Below, piece after piece: positions 27,701-38,333 of a DNA stretch of 64,000 nucleotides. The position numbers and the translations under genes are program-made. The notes beneath the pieces were generated by a model that saw nothing but the letters and a program-made list of their open reading frames with translations, searched no databases and was not told where the DNA came from. The stretch is taken from contig CAVQNG010000025.1 of the NCBI GenBank assembly GCA_963713825.1, positions 892,415-956,414 on the forward strand, given 5' to 3'. Source of the DNA: an uncultured Acidobacteriota bacterium. Its GTDB lineage: Bacteria; Acidobacteriota; Thermoanaerobaculia; Multivoradales; JAHEKO01. Numbering within the stretch: the first letter of the stretch is position 1; every line of letters starts with the position of its first letter.

Positions 27701-30700
27701 GCAAGAGCGCGCCCACAACCTCCGAGCGCGGGGTCGTGATTACAGGTGCGGCCATCGGATTGCCGGGTACCGCGAAGGTGTTCGACGACTCGAATCTGGG
27801 ACGACTCTTGACGGGCCAGCAGTTCATCGGAGAGGTACCGGACGATCTGCGACAGGAGATGGTGGCGAGGAACATCACGAGACTGGTGAAGAGCGAGAAC
27901 GGTGGCCCGAGATTCGAGACCATCGAGGGCGTCGATGAGGTGATCAAGCTGGCGGCGCGCCGAGGGGAATTGGATCTGGTCGAAGAGTTCGGCTTCCCGA
28001 GCGACCGCCTGGAAGCGCTGGACGTGGTGACCGAGTTGGCCATCGGATCGGGACTCGACGCCCTCCGGGATGCTGGACTACCGCTCGTCAGGCGCTACAA
28101 AACCACGACGACTGGCAGCAAGCTCCCTGACCAATGGGGCCTGGCCGACGAGGTGCGCGACGAAACCGGCGTGATCTTCGCGTCCGCCTTCCCGGGCGTC
28201 AACTATTTCGCCAGGGAGTCGGGTCGTTACTACACCGCGCAGGCCGCCCAACGACGCCTCGAGGAGCTGCAGAGTCTGAAAGACCGGATGAGCTCGAGCG
28301 GAACGGTTTCCGATGAGTCCATGAGCGAGTTGGATCGGCATCTGGACGAGGCGCGAGAAGAAGTCGAGGCCAGCCCCTACACCTTCGATCGACGATTCCT
28401 CTTCAGACTCTTGTCGATGGGCCACTCCCAGATGGCCGAGTTCATCGGCGCCCGGGGGCCGAACACACAGATCAACGCAGCCTGTGCCAGTGGTACACAG
28501 GCCATCGGTTTGGCCTCGGACTGGATCCGCGCTGGTCGTTGCCGTCGAGTCGTGATCGTCTCGGCGGACGACGTGACGAGCGACGATTTGATGGGCTGGA
28601 TCGGAGCCGGCTTCCTGGCCACGGGTGCGGCGGCTACCGATGCCGAGGTCGAGGAGGCCGCCATCCCGTTCGATCGGCGTCGTCACGGCATGCTGATCGG
28701 CATGGGGGCGGCGGCAATCGTCGTGGAAAGCGAGGAGTCGGCAAGCGAGAGAGGGATTCAGCCCATCTGCGAGGTGCTGGCGACCGCCACGGCCAACAGC
28801 GCCTATCACGGCACCCGTCTCGATGTTGCCCATATCTCCGAGACGATGGAACGGCTCATTACCGAGGCCGAAAAGAAATGGGGTATCGATCGATCTCAGA
28901 TCGCTCCGGAGACGGTCTTTATCTCCCATGAAACCTACACACCTGCCAGGGGTGGCAGTGCGCAGGCCGAGATCTTTGCCCTCCGAAGTGTCTTCGGAGA
29001 GCTGGCTGACAAAATTGTCATAGCGAACACCAAGGGCTATACGGGACATCCGATGGGAGTGGGAATCGAGGACGTCCTGGCCATCAAGGCCCTGGAGACC
29101 GGTTTGGTACCTCCGGTGGCCAACTTCAAGGAAGTCGACCCGGAGCTCGGAGAGCTCAATCTGTCCCGTGGTGGCAGCTACCCGGTGCGCTATGCGCTGC
29201 GGCTGGCCGCCGGATTCGGATCGCAGATCAGCATGGTATTGCTCCGATGGGTCCCCGCCCCGGGTGGCCAACGCCCGGAGATCGACCAGCTGGGCTACGA
29301 CTATCGTCGCGTCGAGCCAGAGAGATGGCGGCAATGGTTGGACTGGGCCAGCGGTCATCCAGGTGCCGAAGTCGAAGTCGAGCACCGGACTCTGCGGATC
29401 AGAGACGAGGGGCCGCCGAGCCAGGTCCTGCCTCGGCCAGTGGCAAACCAGGAGCACCCCGCAGCTCCACCTGCCGATTTCAGCCGTCCTGCCCAGGTCG
29501 CATCTGAGCAGGAGCCGACGGCGGCAGCCGGCCAAGATCCATCCGAGCCGTCGCCGCAGCCCATCCGGCCTTCGACTGCTTCGGTGGCTCCACCTCCAAC
29601 CCCTGTTGGTGGCTTGGATCCCATCCAGAAACGCGTCTTGGAGATCGTGGCGGCGACGACTGGCTATCCGGAAGAGATGTTGGACCTGGATCTGGACATG
29701 GAGGCCGATCTGGGGATCGACACGGTGAAGCAGGCGGAGATGTTCGCGGCGATCCGCGAGGAGTGGGACATCCCGCGTGACGATACGTTGCAGCTGCGGG
29801 ACTACCCGACATTGGCCCGAGCGATTCAGTTCGTCTTCGACCGACGGCCCGACCTGAAGGGCCAGGAGGTGATAGCTGCAGCTGCGGCCCCTGCAGCCGT
29901 CGAGAGCCAGGCGGAATCTGCGTCCGACGACGCGGTCCATCCCGTTCAAAAGCGAGTTCTGGAGATCGTCGCGGCGACGACTGGCTATCCGGAAGAGATG
30001 TTGGATCTGGATCTGGACATGGAGGCCGATCTGGGGATCGACACGGTGAAGCAGGCGGAGATGTTCGCGGCGATCCGCGAGGAGTGGGACATTCCGCGTG
30101 ACGACACGTTGCAGCTGCGGGACTACCCGACATTGGCCCGAGCGATTCAGTTCGTCTTCGACCGACGGCCTGATCTCGCTCCGGGAGCGACCGCAGATGC
30201 TTCCGCCAGTGCTCCCGAGACTCCGGTTCCTGGGACTGAAGAAGAGCACACTCGGGAAATACCTACTGCCGCGACTTCGGTGCACCGCAGGGTGCCGGCC
30301 GTGATGCTGTTACCCGCTCTCGACCTCTGCAAGAGGACCGGCGTCCGATTGCAGAAGGGCTCGCGTGTGGTTGTCATGGCGGACAGGGGTGGTGTCGGCA
30401 AGGCCCTGGAGCAGCGACTCGAACGATTGGGTGCCGAGGTTCTCCTCCTGGAGGCCAACCTCGATGCCGAGGAGGTCGTGCCTCGTCTCGAGGAGTGGAA
30501 GAGGGATGGCGAGGTGCAGGGGATGTACTGGCTTCCCGCGCTCGATGCGTCTGGAGATGCATCCAGCTCCGTGCCCGAGGAGTGGCAGGCGGGCCTGACG
30601 CGCCGGGTCAAGTTGTTGTTCCAGGTTGCAAAGGTGCTGTACGACTCCTTGAATCGAGCCGATTCGTTCCTGGTTGCCGGCACCCGCCTGGGAGGTCGGC

Positions 30701-32758
30701 ACGGCTACGATGAAGCTGGGGCTTGGGCCCCACTCGGAGGCGGAGTCTGCGGCTTCACCAAGGCCCTCAAGAGGGAAAGGCCAGCGTCGCTCATCAAGGT
30801 CGTCGACTTCGAGCCCTCACGGGCGACCGCGGCTCCGGCCGATCGGCTCATCGAGGAGACTCTGCGGGATCCCGGCTCGGTCGAAGTGGGTTACTTCGGA
30901 GCCGAGCGATGGGGAGTCGGTCTGCGGGAGGAGGCCCTGGAAGAAGCCGCCGAACCTGTCGAGATGGGCGCTGAAAGTGTCTTTGTTGTCACCGGAGCCG
31001 CTGGCAGCATCGTTTCGGCGATCGTGGCGGATCTGGCGCAAGGCTCGCAAGGCATCTTTCATTTGCTGGATCTCGCACCGCCTCCCGACCCTGAAGAAGA
31101 AGACCTGCAGCGATTTCGTTCGGACCCCGAGTCTCTGAGGATGGAGCTCTTCGAGCGCATGAAGGCCGAAGGGGAACGGGCCACCCCAGCCAAGGTGGAG
31201 CGCCAGCTCTCCGTCCTCGAGCGGTCTCGATCGGCTCTGGAAGCCATAGAGTCCGTGGAGGCTGTCGGTGGGCAGGCGCACTACCACTCGGTTGACCTGC
31301 TCGACGCCGAGGCGGTGACTCGAGTTATCGACGAGGTGCGCGAGCGCCATGGCAGGATCGACTTCCTCATCCACGCCGCCGGCCTCGAGATCAGCCATGC
31401 CCTGAGCGACAAGAGTGCCGAGGAGTTCGACCTCGTTTTCGACGTCAAGAGCCAGGGTTGGTTCCATCTTCTCGAAGCGGCAGCAGAGATGCCCCTGGGC
31501 GCGACGGTTGTGTTCAGCTCCATCGCGGGGCGTTTCGGCAACGCGGGTCAAACGGACTACAGTGCGGCCAACGATTTGCTCTGCAAACTCACCTCGAATC
31601 TGCGTAGGAGTCGCCCCCAGACGCGCGGTGTGGCGATCGACTGGACCGCCTGGGCTGGAATCGGAATGGCCAGTCGCGGATCGATCCCGAAAATGATGGA
31701 ACTGGCCGGGATCGGAATGTTGTCGCCCGAGTCGGCCCTGCCGATCGTCCGGCAGGAGCTCACAGCCGGAACCCGGGGCGAGGTGGTGATTGCCGAGTCC
31801 CTGGGTTTATTGCTGGAGGACTGGGATCCGGAGGGCGGGTTGGACTCCGAAGCCATTCGGTCAAGGCAGCGGGGACCGATGATCGCCGGCTTCGAATCAC
31901 GGCAGACGCCACGGGGTCTGGTGGCCGAAGGACTGTTGAGCCCCACTGAGCAGCCGTTCCTCGACGACCATCGGATCGAAGGAACAGCGGTCTTGCCAGG
32001 AGTCATGGGAATCGAGGCCTTTGCCGAGGTCGCCGGTCTTCTGGTGCCTGATCGGCAGGTCACGAGACTCGAGGAGGTGGAGTTCCTGTCGCCCTTCAAG
32101 TTCTATCGGGATGAGCCCCGGGCTGTGGAGGTGTCGGCCTTTCTGGGTCTGGAAGGGGAGGAGGTCGTTGCCGCTTGTCGATTGCTGGGCCGGCGGCAAT
32201 TGGCCCTGCAAGCGGAGGAACAGGAAACCGTGCACTTCGTCGGTCGAGCCTGGATGGGAGATCCGTCCCCTGCTGCTGCTTCTATCCAAGCTCCAGCAGC
32301 TCCCCAGGAAGCTCTGCGCGGGTGCGGACATCTATCGCGTCTATTTCCACGGTCCGGCCTACCAGGTACTCGACCTCGCATGGCGACAAGAGTCGAGTCT
32401 GATCGGCAGGTTGTCAGAAGAGCTTCCTCCGAATCACCTTCCGAAGGAGCGAGCCCTGCAAATGGCTCCGCGCCTCATCGAGCTCTGTTTTCAGACAGCC
32501 GGACTCTGGGAGATTTCACAGAGTGGCAGGCTGGGCCTTCCCTGGAAGGTGGCGTCGGTCAGCGTTCATCGACCCGAAGACGCCGCTCGGGGTCGCATCT
32601 TGGCGGTCGTGCAGCCGGCCTCCGACGGTGGTTTCGATGCCCAGGTCATCGACGAGGCAGGCAATCTACTGGTGGATCTGTCGGGCTACAGGACCGTCGA
32701 GTCTGCAACGGAGGTCGAGCCTGAAGCACTGGCCAAGCTGCGCAGCTTCCTGGGCTAG
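24703..32758 (+). CDS. Iterative type I PKS / Pfa-like synthase, KS-AT-KS-ACP-ACP-KR-DH (frameshift near 32280-32325)
   Basis: KS1 DAACAS/EGHGTST/KSNIGH; AT GHSLG and HAFH; KS2 NAACAS/SHETYT/TKGYTGH; ACP LGIDTVKQ x2; KR GQTDYSAAN; DH HRIEGTAVLP, with YFHGPAYQ continuing in the +1 frame to TAG 32758. Confidence 0.9.
29617..30177 (+). repeat. Direct duplication of the ACP-coding segment (~240 bp, offset 321 bp)
   Basis: Two near-identical copies encoding QKRVLEIVAATTGYPEEM...FVFDRRPDL, with a few synonymous differences. Confidence 0.95.
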
Positions 32759-32776
32759 TTCTTAGAGACGGTCGAG

Positions 32777-33562
32777 ATGAATCCGAGAGAGGGAGCCCAT
32801 CACCAGAGGTCGAGTCCTGGCCCCTGGTGGCTGGCGAAGGGTCTCGAAGAGCTTCCCACCAACCTGGATTGGCTGAGCTCGGAAGAGCACCGACATCTGG
32901 CGAGACTCGGGGTCGAGAAGCGGCGCCACGACTGGCTGCTTGGACGCTGGACTGCCAAATCGGCACTCCTGCAAAGCCCTTACTTTCCGGGCTCCGGCAC
33001 GGCTCCTGAGGAATTGACCGTCTGGCAGGCCGCAGACGGGGCTCCGGAAGCTCTGTTCCGAGGGCGAGCTCTACCGCTGACTCTCTCTATCAGCCATCGA
33101 AGTGGTCGAGGATTGTGTGTTCTGGCCCCCGAGGCGCTGCTTGTCGGCTGTGACCTCGAGACAGTCGAGGCCCGAAGCCCTGCCTTCTTGCAGGACTACT
33201 TCACGTCCGATGAGCAGGCTGCTCTGCGGGCGGCTCCTGCCAACGGCAGAGATCGAATCGCGACACTGTTCTGGGGGGCGAAGGAGAGCGCCCTGAAGGC
33301 ACTGAGGCTAGGGCTGAGAGCCGATACCCGACGGATCCGGGTCGAATTGCCTGCCGAGTCGGGGGCAGACGAGAAATGGTGCAACCTGGTCGTGCGGGAT
33401 AGGGAGTCCGATCGGGGGTTCGGAGGGTGGTTTCGGATGCTGGAAGGGCTGACCTTGGTGGTGGTTTCCTCGCCTCCTTCCGAGGCTCCTGTGTCTCTGG
33501 TAGGAAATTCCAGATCTGGCAGCTGGTCAGAGGGCAGGGGGGGAAAAGGTGGCGACCTCTGA
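32777..33562 (+). CDS. Sfp-type 4'-phosphopantetheinyl transferase
   Basis: WLLGRWTAK, LSISHR, VGCDLE, FWGAKESALKA; immediately downstream of the PKS. Confidence 0.9.
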   Translation: MNPREGAHHQRSSPGPWWLAKGLEELPTNLDWLSSEEHRHLARLGVEKRRHDWLLGRWTAKSALLQSPYFPGSGTAPEELTVWQAADGAPEALFRGRALPLTLSISHRSGRGLCVLAPEALLVGCDLETVEARSPAFLQDYFTSDEQAALRAAPANGRDRIATLFWGAKESALKALRLGLRADTRRIRVELPAESGADEKWCNLVVRDRESDRGFGGWFRMLEGLTLVVVSSPPSEAPVSLVGNSRSGSWSEGRGGKGGDL

Positions 33563-33579
33563 GCGGGAGGTCGTCACCT
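33544..33579 (-). terminator. Intrinsic terminator hairpin (possibly bidirectional)
   Basis: AGGTGGCGACCTC-7nt-GAGGTCGTCACCT 13-bp stem with one wobble/mismatch; 4-nt U run follows on the minus strand. Confidence 0.6.
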
Positions 33580-33647
33580 GGCGGGTTAGGGTTTGAGGAT
33601 GTCTAGGCGGGTTCCTATGAGGGTTGCTCGGTAGGCTTCCATACGCC
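33544..33647 (-). ncRNA. Candidate sigma-54-dependent small RNA (~100 nt)
   Basis: Bounded by a perfect -24/-12 promoter and a terminator hairpin; C-rich internal tracts; only an 18-codon ORF without RBS inside. Confidence 0.5.
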
Positions 33648-33657
33648 TAGAAAGTAA

Positions 33658-33673
33658 AGCAAATCCCGTGCCA
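33658..33673 (-). promoter_or_regulatory. Sigma-54 (RpoN) -24/-12 promoter
   Basis: Minus strand TGGCACG-GGAT-TTGCT, exact match to TGGCACG-N4-TTGCW. Confidence 0.8.
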
Positions 33674-33869
33674 ACCAAATCGTAGTTCGCGGTCATCGAC
33701 TCGGAGGCCTCAGAGGCCCAACCCGGCCGAGGTCCTGTCCAAATCACTCGATTCAGGGGCTTGCACCAATACCAGGAAACCAGGGCGTCCTCATCAGGTT
33801 ACAAGAAGGCGTTGTGACGTCCAGTCCCGGCCAAGTTCGGGCGCGCTCATCCCGACCTGCTGCCGAGGT

Positions 33870-34283
33870 TCAGACTCCCAGCGCCCGAGCGGCTTCCTCG
33901 AAGTCTTCACTGCGGACATAGATCACGTAACCGTAGCCGCCCTGTCCGTCGGCGACGCCGGTCGAGGCATAGACGTTGACATCGGCGTCGAAGAGGGCAC
34001 GGTGGGACTCTGCCAGTGCCCCGAGCTCATCGTCGCCCTGAATCAGCAGGGCATGTTGCGGTCCGGTGAGGACCAGTCCTGCTGCACCCGCGACCCGCAT
34101 GAGTGCGTCGGCGCTCTTTGGGAAGAGCATCAACTGCGTGTGCTCGGGCCCAGCTGGGATGGCGCTGAAGGCGAGGAGGCTGACGCCCGAGCTGGCCAGC
34201 TGGGACAGCAGGCGGTAGGCCTCGCCAGGTCGGTCGGTGACGGTGGCGTGAAAGTAGTCGACGCGCTGGATGTTGGTGGCCAT
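33870..34283 (-). CDS. Tandem ACT-like domain protein
   Basis: V.DRPGE..RLL..L...GV.L and G.DELGALA.....L..A.VN ACT-like repeats; AAGGGG RBS. Confidence 0.75.
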   Translation of the reverse strand: MATNIQRVDYFHATVTDRPGEAYRLLSQLASSGVSLLAFSAIPAGPEHTQLMLFPKSADALMRVAGAAGLVLTGPQHALLIQGDDELGALAESHRALFDADVNVYASTGVADGQGGYGYVIYVRSEDFEEAARALGV

Positions 34284-34471
34284 GCTTTCCCCCTTCTTGT
34301 CGGGTCGTCGATCTCGAGTCGGGCCGCACTGGACCCGAATCGAGTCGAACTTCTTGTCCTTAACCCCCGAGATCACCATCGAAGCCCGGGGGAAGATGGC
34401 AACGATCCCGTCAATCTGTGCCGGCAGTCTGCCCGCCTGGCTAGGAGATCTCGGCCGTCATTCAGACGCTC

Positions 34472-34708
34472 CTAGCCGAGATTGGGGGCCTCGTCTTCGG
34501 CGTCCGCCAGGTCGTTGGGAACGCCCAGGCGAGCGCAGGCAGCTGCGTACATCTGCAGTGTAGCTTTTTTGGCCTTCTGAAGCTCGGTCAGCCGGTCCTT
34601 CACCTTGGCAAGCTCAGCGGCGATCTGCTGATCCAGCTCATCGACTTCCTGCTTGGTGATTTCCAGAGACTGCTCGTAGAACTTACGGTTGTCGTCGCTC
34701 AGGGTCAT
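34472..34708 (-). CDS. Small coiled-coil hypothetical protein (78 aa)
   Basis: GGAGG RBS, heptad pattern, codon usage typical of the window. Confidence 0.75.
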   Translation of the reverse strand: MTLSDDNRKFYEQSLEITKQEVDELDQQIAAELAKVKDRLTELQKAKKATLQMYAAACARLGVPNDLADAEDEAPNLG

Positions 34709-34825
34709 GGTTTCCTCCAGTCCGCTCCGGGCTGCAGTGGTCGCGAGACGCCGGCAGCCACCGGTGCTCGATCGAACTCAGTCCACGGAAGATTCAAATC
34801 GATTCTGCCTTTCATCGTTATGCCA

Positions 34826-37800
34826 TCAGGGCTGAAACTGTACCGCCAACTCATGCCACATCTTCACCGGAACACCGTCCTTGGTGGCGGCCCTGAAGGT
34901 CGCCCTACGGGCCGCTTCCAGGGTCTCCTCGTCGAGGCCGACCTTCTGTCTCAGGCCTTCCACCAACCTGGCCTCCAGGACCTGGCCGTTCTCATCGACC
35001 AGTACCGCGATTCGAACCGTGCCCGTCGCTCCGACTCGCCGGGCCACTTCTGAGTAGGCCGGTGGCCGGAACGACTGCACCAGGGGTCCGATGACTCCCG
35101 GTCCCTGCTCGACCAGATCTCCCGGCTGCGTCGCTGTCGCCTCTTCGGCTGGCGGCGCACTCGGCAGATCTGGCTCTGGCTCGGTTGCCTCCGGTTCAGT
35201 TGATGAATCCGGGCTTTCTGGCGGCTCGCCTCCCTCGGCTGTCAAGGGCGGGCTGGTCTCGAGTCCGGCGCTCTCCGAGTCCAATGAGATGGGCTCTTCG
35301 GCATCTCGATCTGCACCAAGCGAGGTGGAATTGGCGAGCTCGTCCTGGCCGAAAGGCGCGGACTCGGCTTCCTGAATGGTCGCGTCCCCGTTGTCGGTAG
35401 TCAGGTCCTGGCTTGTCGCTGCAGGCTCGGTCGAGTCGGGGATGAGCTCTGCGGAGGCCCTGGCGTCCAGCTCACCATCGGCGGCAAACTCCGGCGTCGA
35501 GATCAGCTCTTGAACCCTCTGGAGGTCCTCTTCGACTCGCCTCTCCAACTCGGGATCCGCGGTGCCCGCCTGAGTCTCTCGAGGTGGCGGCTGCTGGGCG
35601 ACGTCGGTCTGGGGCTGGGTTTCGCCGGCTGAGGCCTCATCGACCGCATTGTCTTCGGGAGCGACCTGCAAGACAGGCTCTGCGGGTGCTTGATCTTCGG
35701 GTTCAGGGGAAGGTGCAGCCTGTTCTCGGGTCGCTGCCGGGGGAGCTGCCCGAGTTGAACTGTCTTGGGGTGCTGTCTGATCCTCCGGGTCATCGGGATC
35801 GGGATCCAGACTGGCCTCTACCGCCTCGGGACGAAAGATCTCGGTTCTGGTGACCTGTGGTGACGCCATCCCCGAAGAATCCTGTGAATCCGGCGACTCA
35901 CCCAGGCGGCCTGCGGCCAGGTACCCACCGATCGCGAGCAAGACCACCACGGGCAGCAGCCTGGACAGCCACTTGAGGAAACCAGGACGCTGCTTCTCCT
36001 CCTCCTCGTCGGCTTCTTCCCCGACTCCTTCGACGATTGCCTCGTCCAGAAGGTCTTCCAAGGGCTCGGTCGATTGCTCGTCAACCTCTTCGGCTGCCGG
36101 TTCCGTTACGGCTGTGTCACGCTCCAGGGCCGTCGGCTCGCTCTTCTTGGTGGCCGACTCGGGCAGATCCAGCAACTCGCGAACGTAGCTACTCATCTCT
36201 CTTTGCCCTGGAGTCGGGTCGAACTCGGCCAGCAGCTCTTCGAGGCCGCCGAGCAGCTCGCCTGCCGTCTCGTACCGTTCGTCGGTCTCCTTGGCCAGTG
36301 CCTTGAGCAACAGGCCCTTGACTCGAGAGGGGATAGCCGGGTCCTGGATCACCCTTTCCGGCGTCTCACACTCCCGAACGGCTTCCAGCACGGCCAGCTC
36401 GCTTTCGCCAGTGAAGAGCCGCTCACCGGTGAGCATCTCGAAGAGCAGCGTGCCGGTGGAGAAGATGTCGGAGCGCGGATCGATGGGGCGCCCCCAGGCT
36501 TGCTCGGGCGACATGTACTGGAGCTTCCCCTTCAGGGCACCCATCTGTGTGGTGCTGATCTTGGACACCGCTTTGGCGATTCCGAAGTCACAGAGCTTGA
36601 TGTCGCCTTCATAGCTGATCAGAACATTCTGGGGTGAGACATCGCGGTGCACGAGTCCGAGCTCGGTGTTGTTGAAGTCCTTGCTGCGGTGCGCATAGTC
36701 GAGAGCGTCGGCGATCCGGGATGCGATGTAGAGTGCCAAGCCGGCTGGCAGTGGCTTGTCCCTCTTGCGTCCGGCATCGAGTAGGTGGCGGAGATTTTGT
36801 CCCTCGACATACTCCATGGCGATGAAGTAGTCATCATCGACCTTGCCCAGGTCGTAGATGTGGGTGATGTTCTTGTGATTCAGTTGGGCGGCCAACTTGG
36901 CCTCGTCGATGAACATGTCGACGAAATCCTGGTTCTCGGCGGGTTGAGGGAGAATCTTCTTGATCGCGACTCGCTTCTCGAAGCCCTCGACTCCCTGACG
37001 GCGCGCCTTCCAGACTTCGGCCATGCCGCCGAGGCCGATTCGTTCTTCGAGGGAGTACTCACCGAACTCGATCACAGGCTCGGAAGCCTGCTCCGGCTCC
37101 GGCTCGACTGCATCGACTGCCTGGTCGGGTTCTTCCGAGACGTCCTCTTCGTCGGCTGCTTCCGAGGTCTCTTCTGGCTCGTCTTCCTCCGCCTCGAGCT
37201 CTTCGGAAGTCTCAACCGCGTCCATCTCGTCGGCCTCTTCGGAAGCCGGCTCGTCAGGCTCGACATCGAGCGGGATGACGGGACCGTCCGGGGACCGGGG
37301 CTTGGCGATGTCGAGGTCACCGAGGGCCTGCGATAGCAGACTGTCGACGTCTGTCGTTGTCTCACGATCGACCTCGGTCTTGTCAGGCTCGGTTGCAGCC
37401 CCCAAGGAGGCAGCGAGAACGCCGGCCAGGGTATCGCTGAGCTTGGCTTCGAGATCGTCGTCCCGGTCTTCGACAGCAGGGGGCGTCTCGGGCTTCGGTG
37501 GAGCTGGCGTTGCGGCGGTTTCGCGCAAGAGCTCGGCTACATCCAGTTCTTCCTCCGGCTCGCCGACTTCCCTCGCCTGGGCTTCCACCGCATCGACGAG
37601 TGCCGGGACCGCCTCCTTGGCCAGCTCCTCCAGGTCTGACAGATCCATCATGCTGTCGTCTTGACTGGCGGCTGGCGCTTCAGCGGCGGCGGTCTCTTCG
37701 GGCTCTTCCTCGTCCTCCTCTACCGGCTGCACCGCAGTTGCGACTTCAACCTCGGCAGCTTCGACCTCTTCCTCGGTTTCTTCGGATTCGAGATCTTCCA

Positions 37801-38333
37801 ACTCGATCTCCTCTGAAGAGGTCTCATCGCTGGGGGTGGTTTCTTCTGCAGGGTCTTGCTTTGCCTCGGATGCGGCTGCTTGTTTCGCGATGTCCTTGTC
37901 CAGGATGTCATCGAGGAGATCGCCGAAGATCTCCTCCGAAGAGAGGATTCGAACATCCGCTGCCGTGTCGGTCGCGGCCTTCTTGTCGCTCGCGGTGGAG
38001 AGCTTGTCTTTGATTGTTGCGATCAGCTCTTCGGTCTGAACAGGCTTGGTAAGGACAGCTTCGACGTCCTCGCCATCAACCGGGCTCTCTTCTTGGGAGC
38101 TCAAGAGCACGACCCCTGGTCCGCCACTGCGGCGAGAAAAGGTCCGCACGAGATCGTCGATCCCCTTGAGCTCGTCGTTCAAGAGAACGAGCTGTGGGGC
38201 GAACTCGGAGGCTGCCCTCAGAGCCTGTGCGCGGCTCTTTACCGTCTTGACCAGCCAGCCCTGAGAGGCCAGCACGGACCGAACGAGATCGATGGTCGAA
38301 GCTTTCGTCTTCCGCCAGTAGGATCAACGCCAT
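34826..38333 (-). CDS. Receiver-like domain - acidic linker - Ser/Thr kinase - TM - Pro/acidic stalk - TonB C-terminal domain (frameshift at ~38304)
   Basis: MALILLAEDE start joins the main ORF after removing one A; GLGGMAEV, VAIKK, HRDVSPQN, DFG, YMSPE; TM; AY..VARR.G..G.V...VLVDENG..TonB_C. Confidence 0.85.

Noticed and set aside
27733-29247. Calling the second KS a chain-length factor and the gene pfaA or pfaC
   Set aside because: The catalytic Cys and both His are retained, and the domain order matches neither PfaA nor PfaC, so no symbol was assigned.
32280-32330. Programmed ribosomal frameshift in the PKS
   Set aside because: No X-XXY-YYZ slippery heptamer is evident, and similar indels occur in four unrelated genes.
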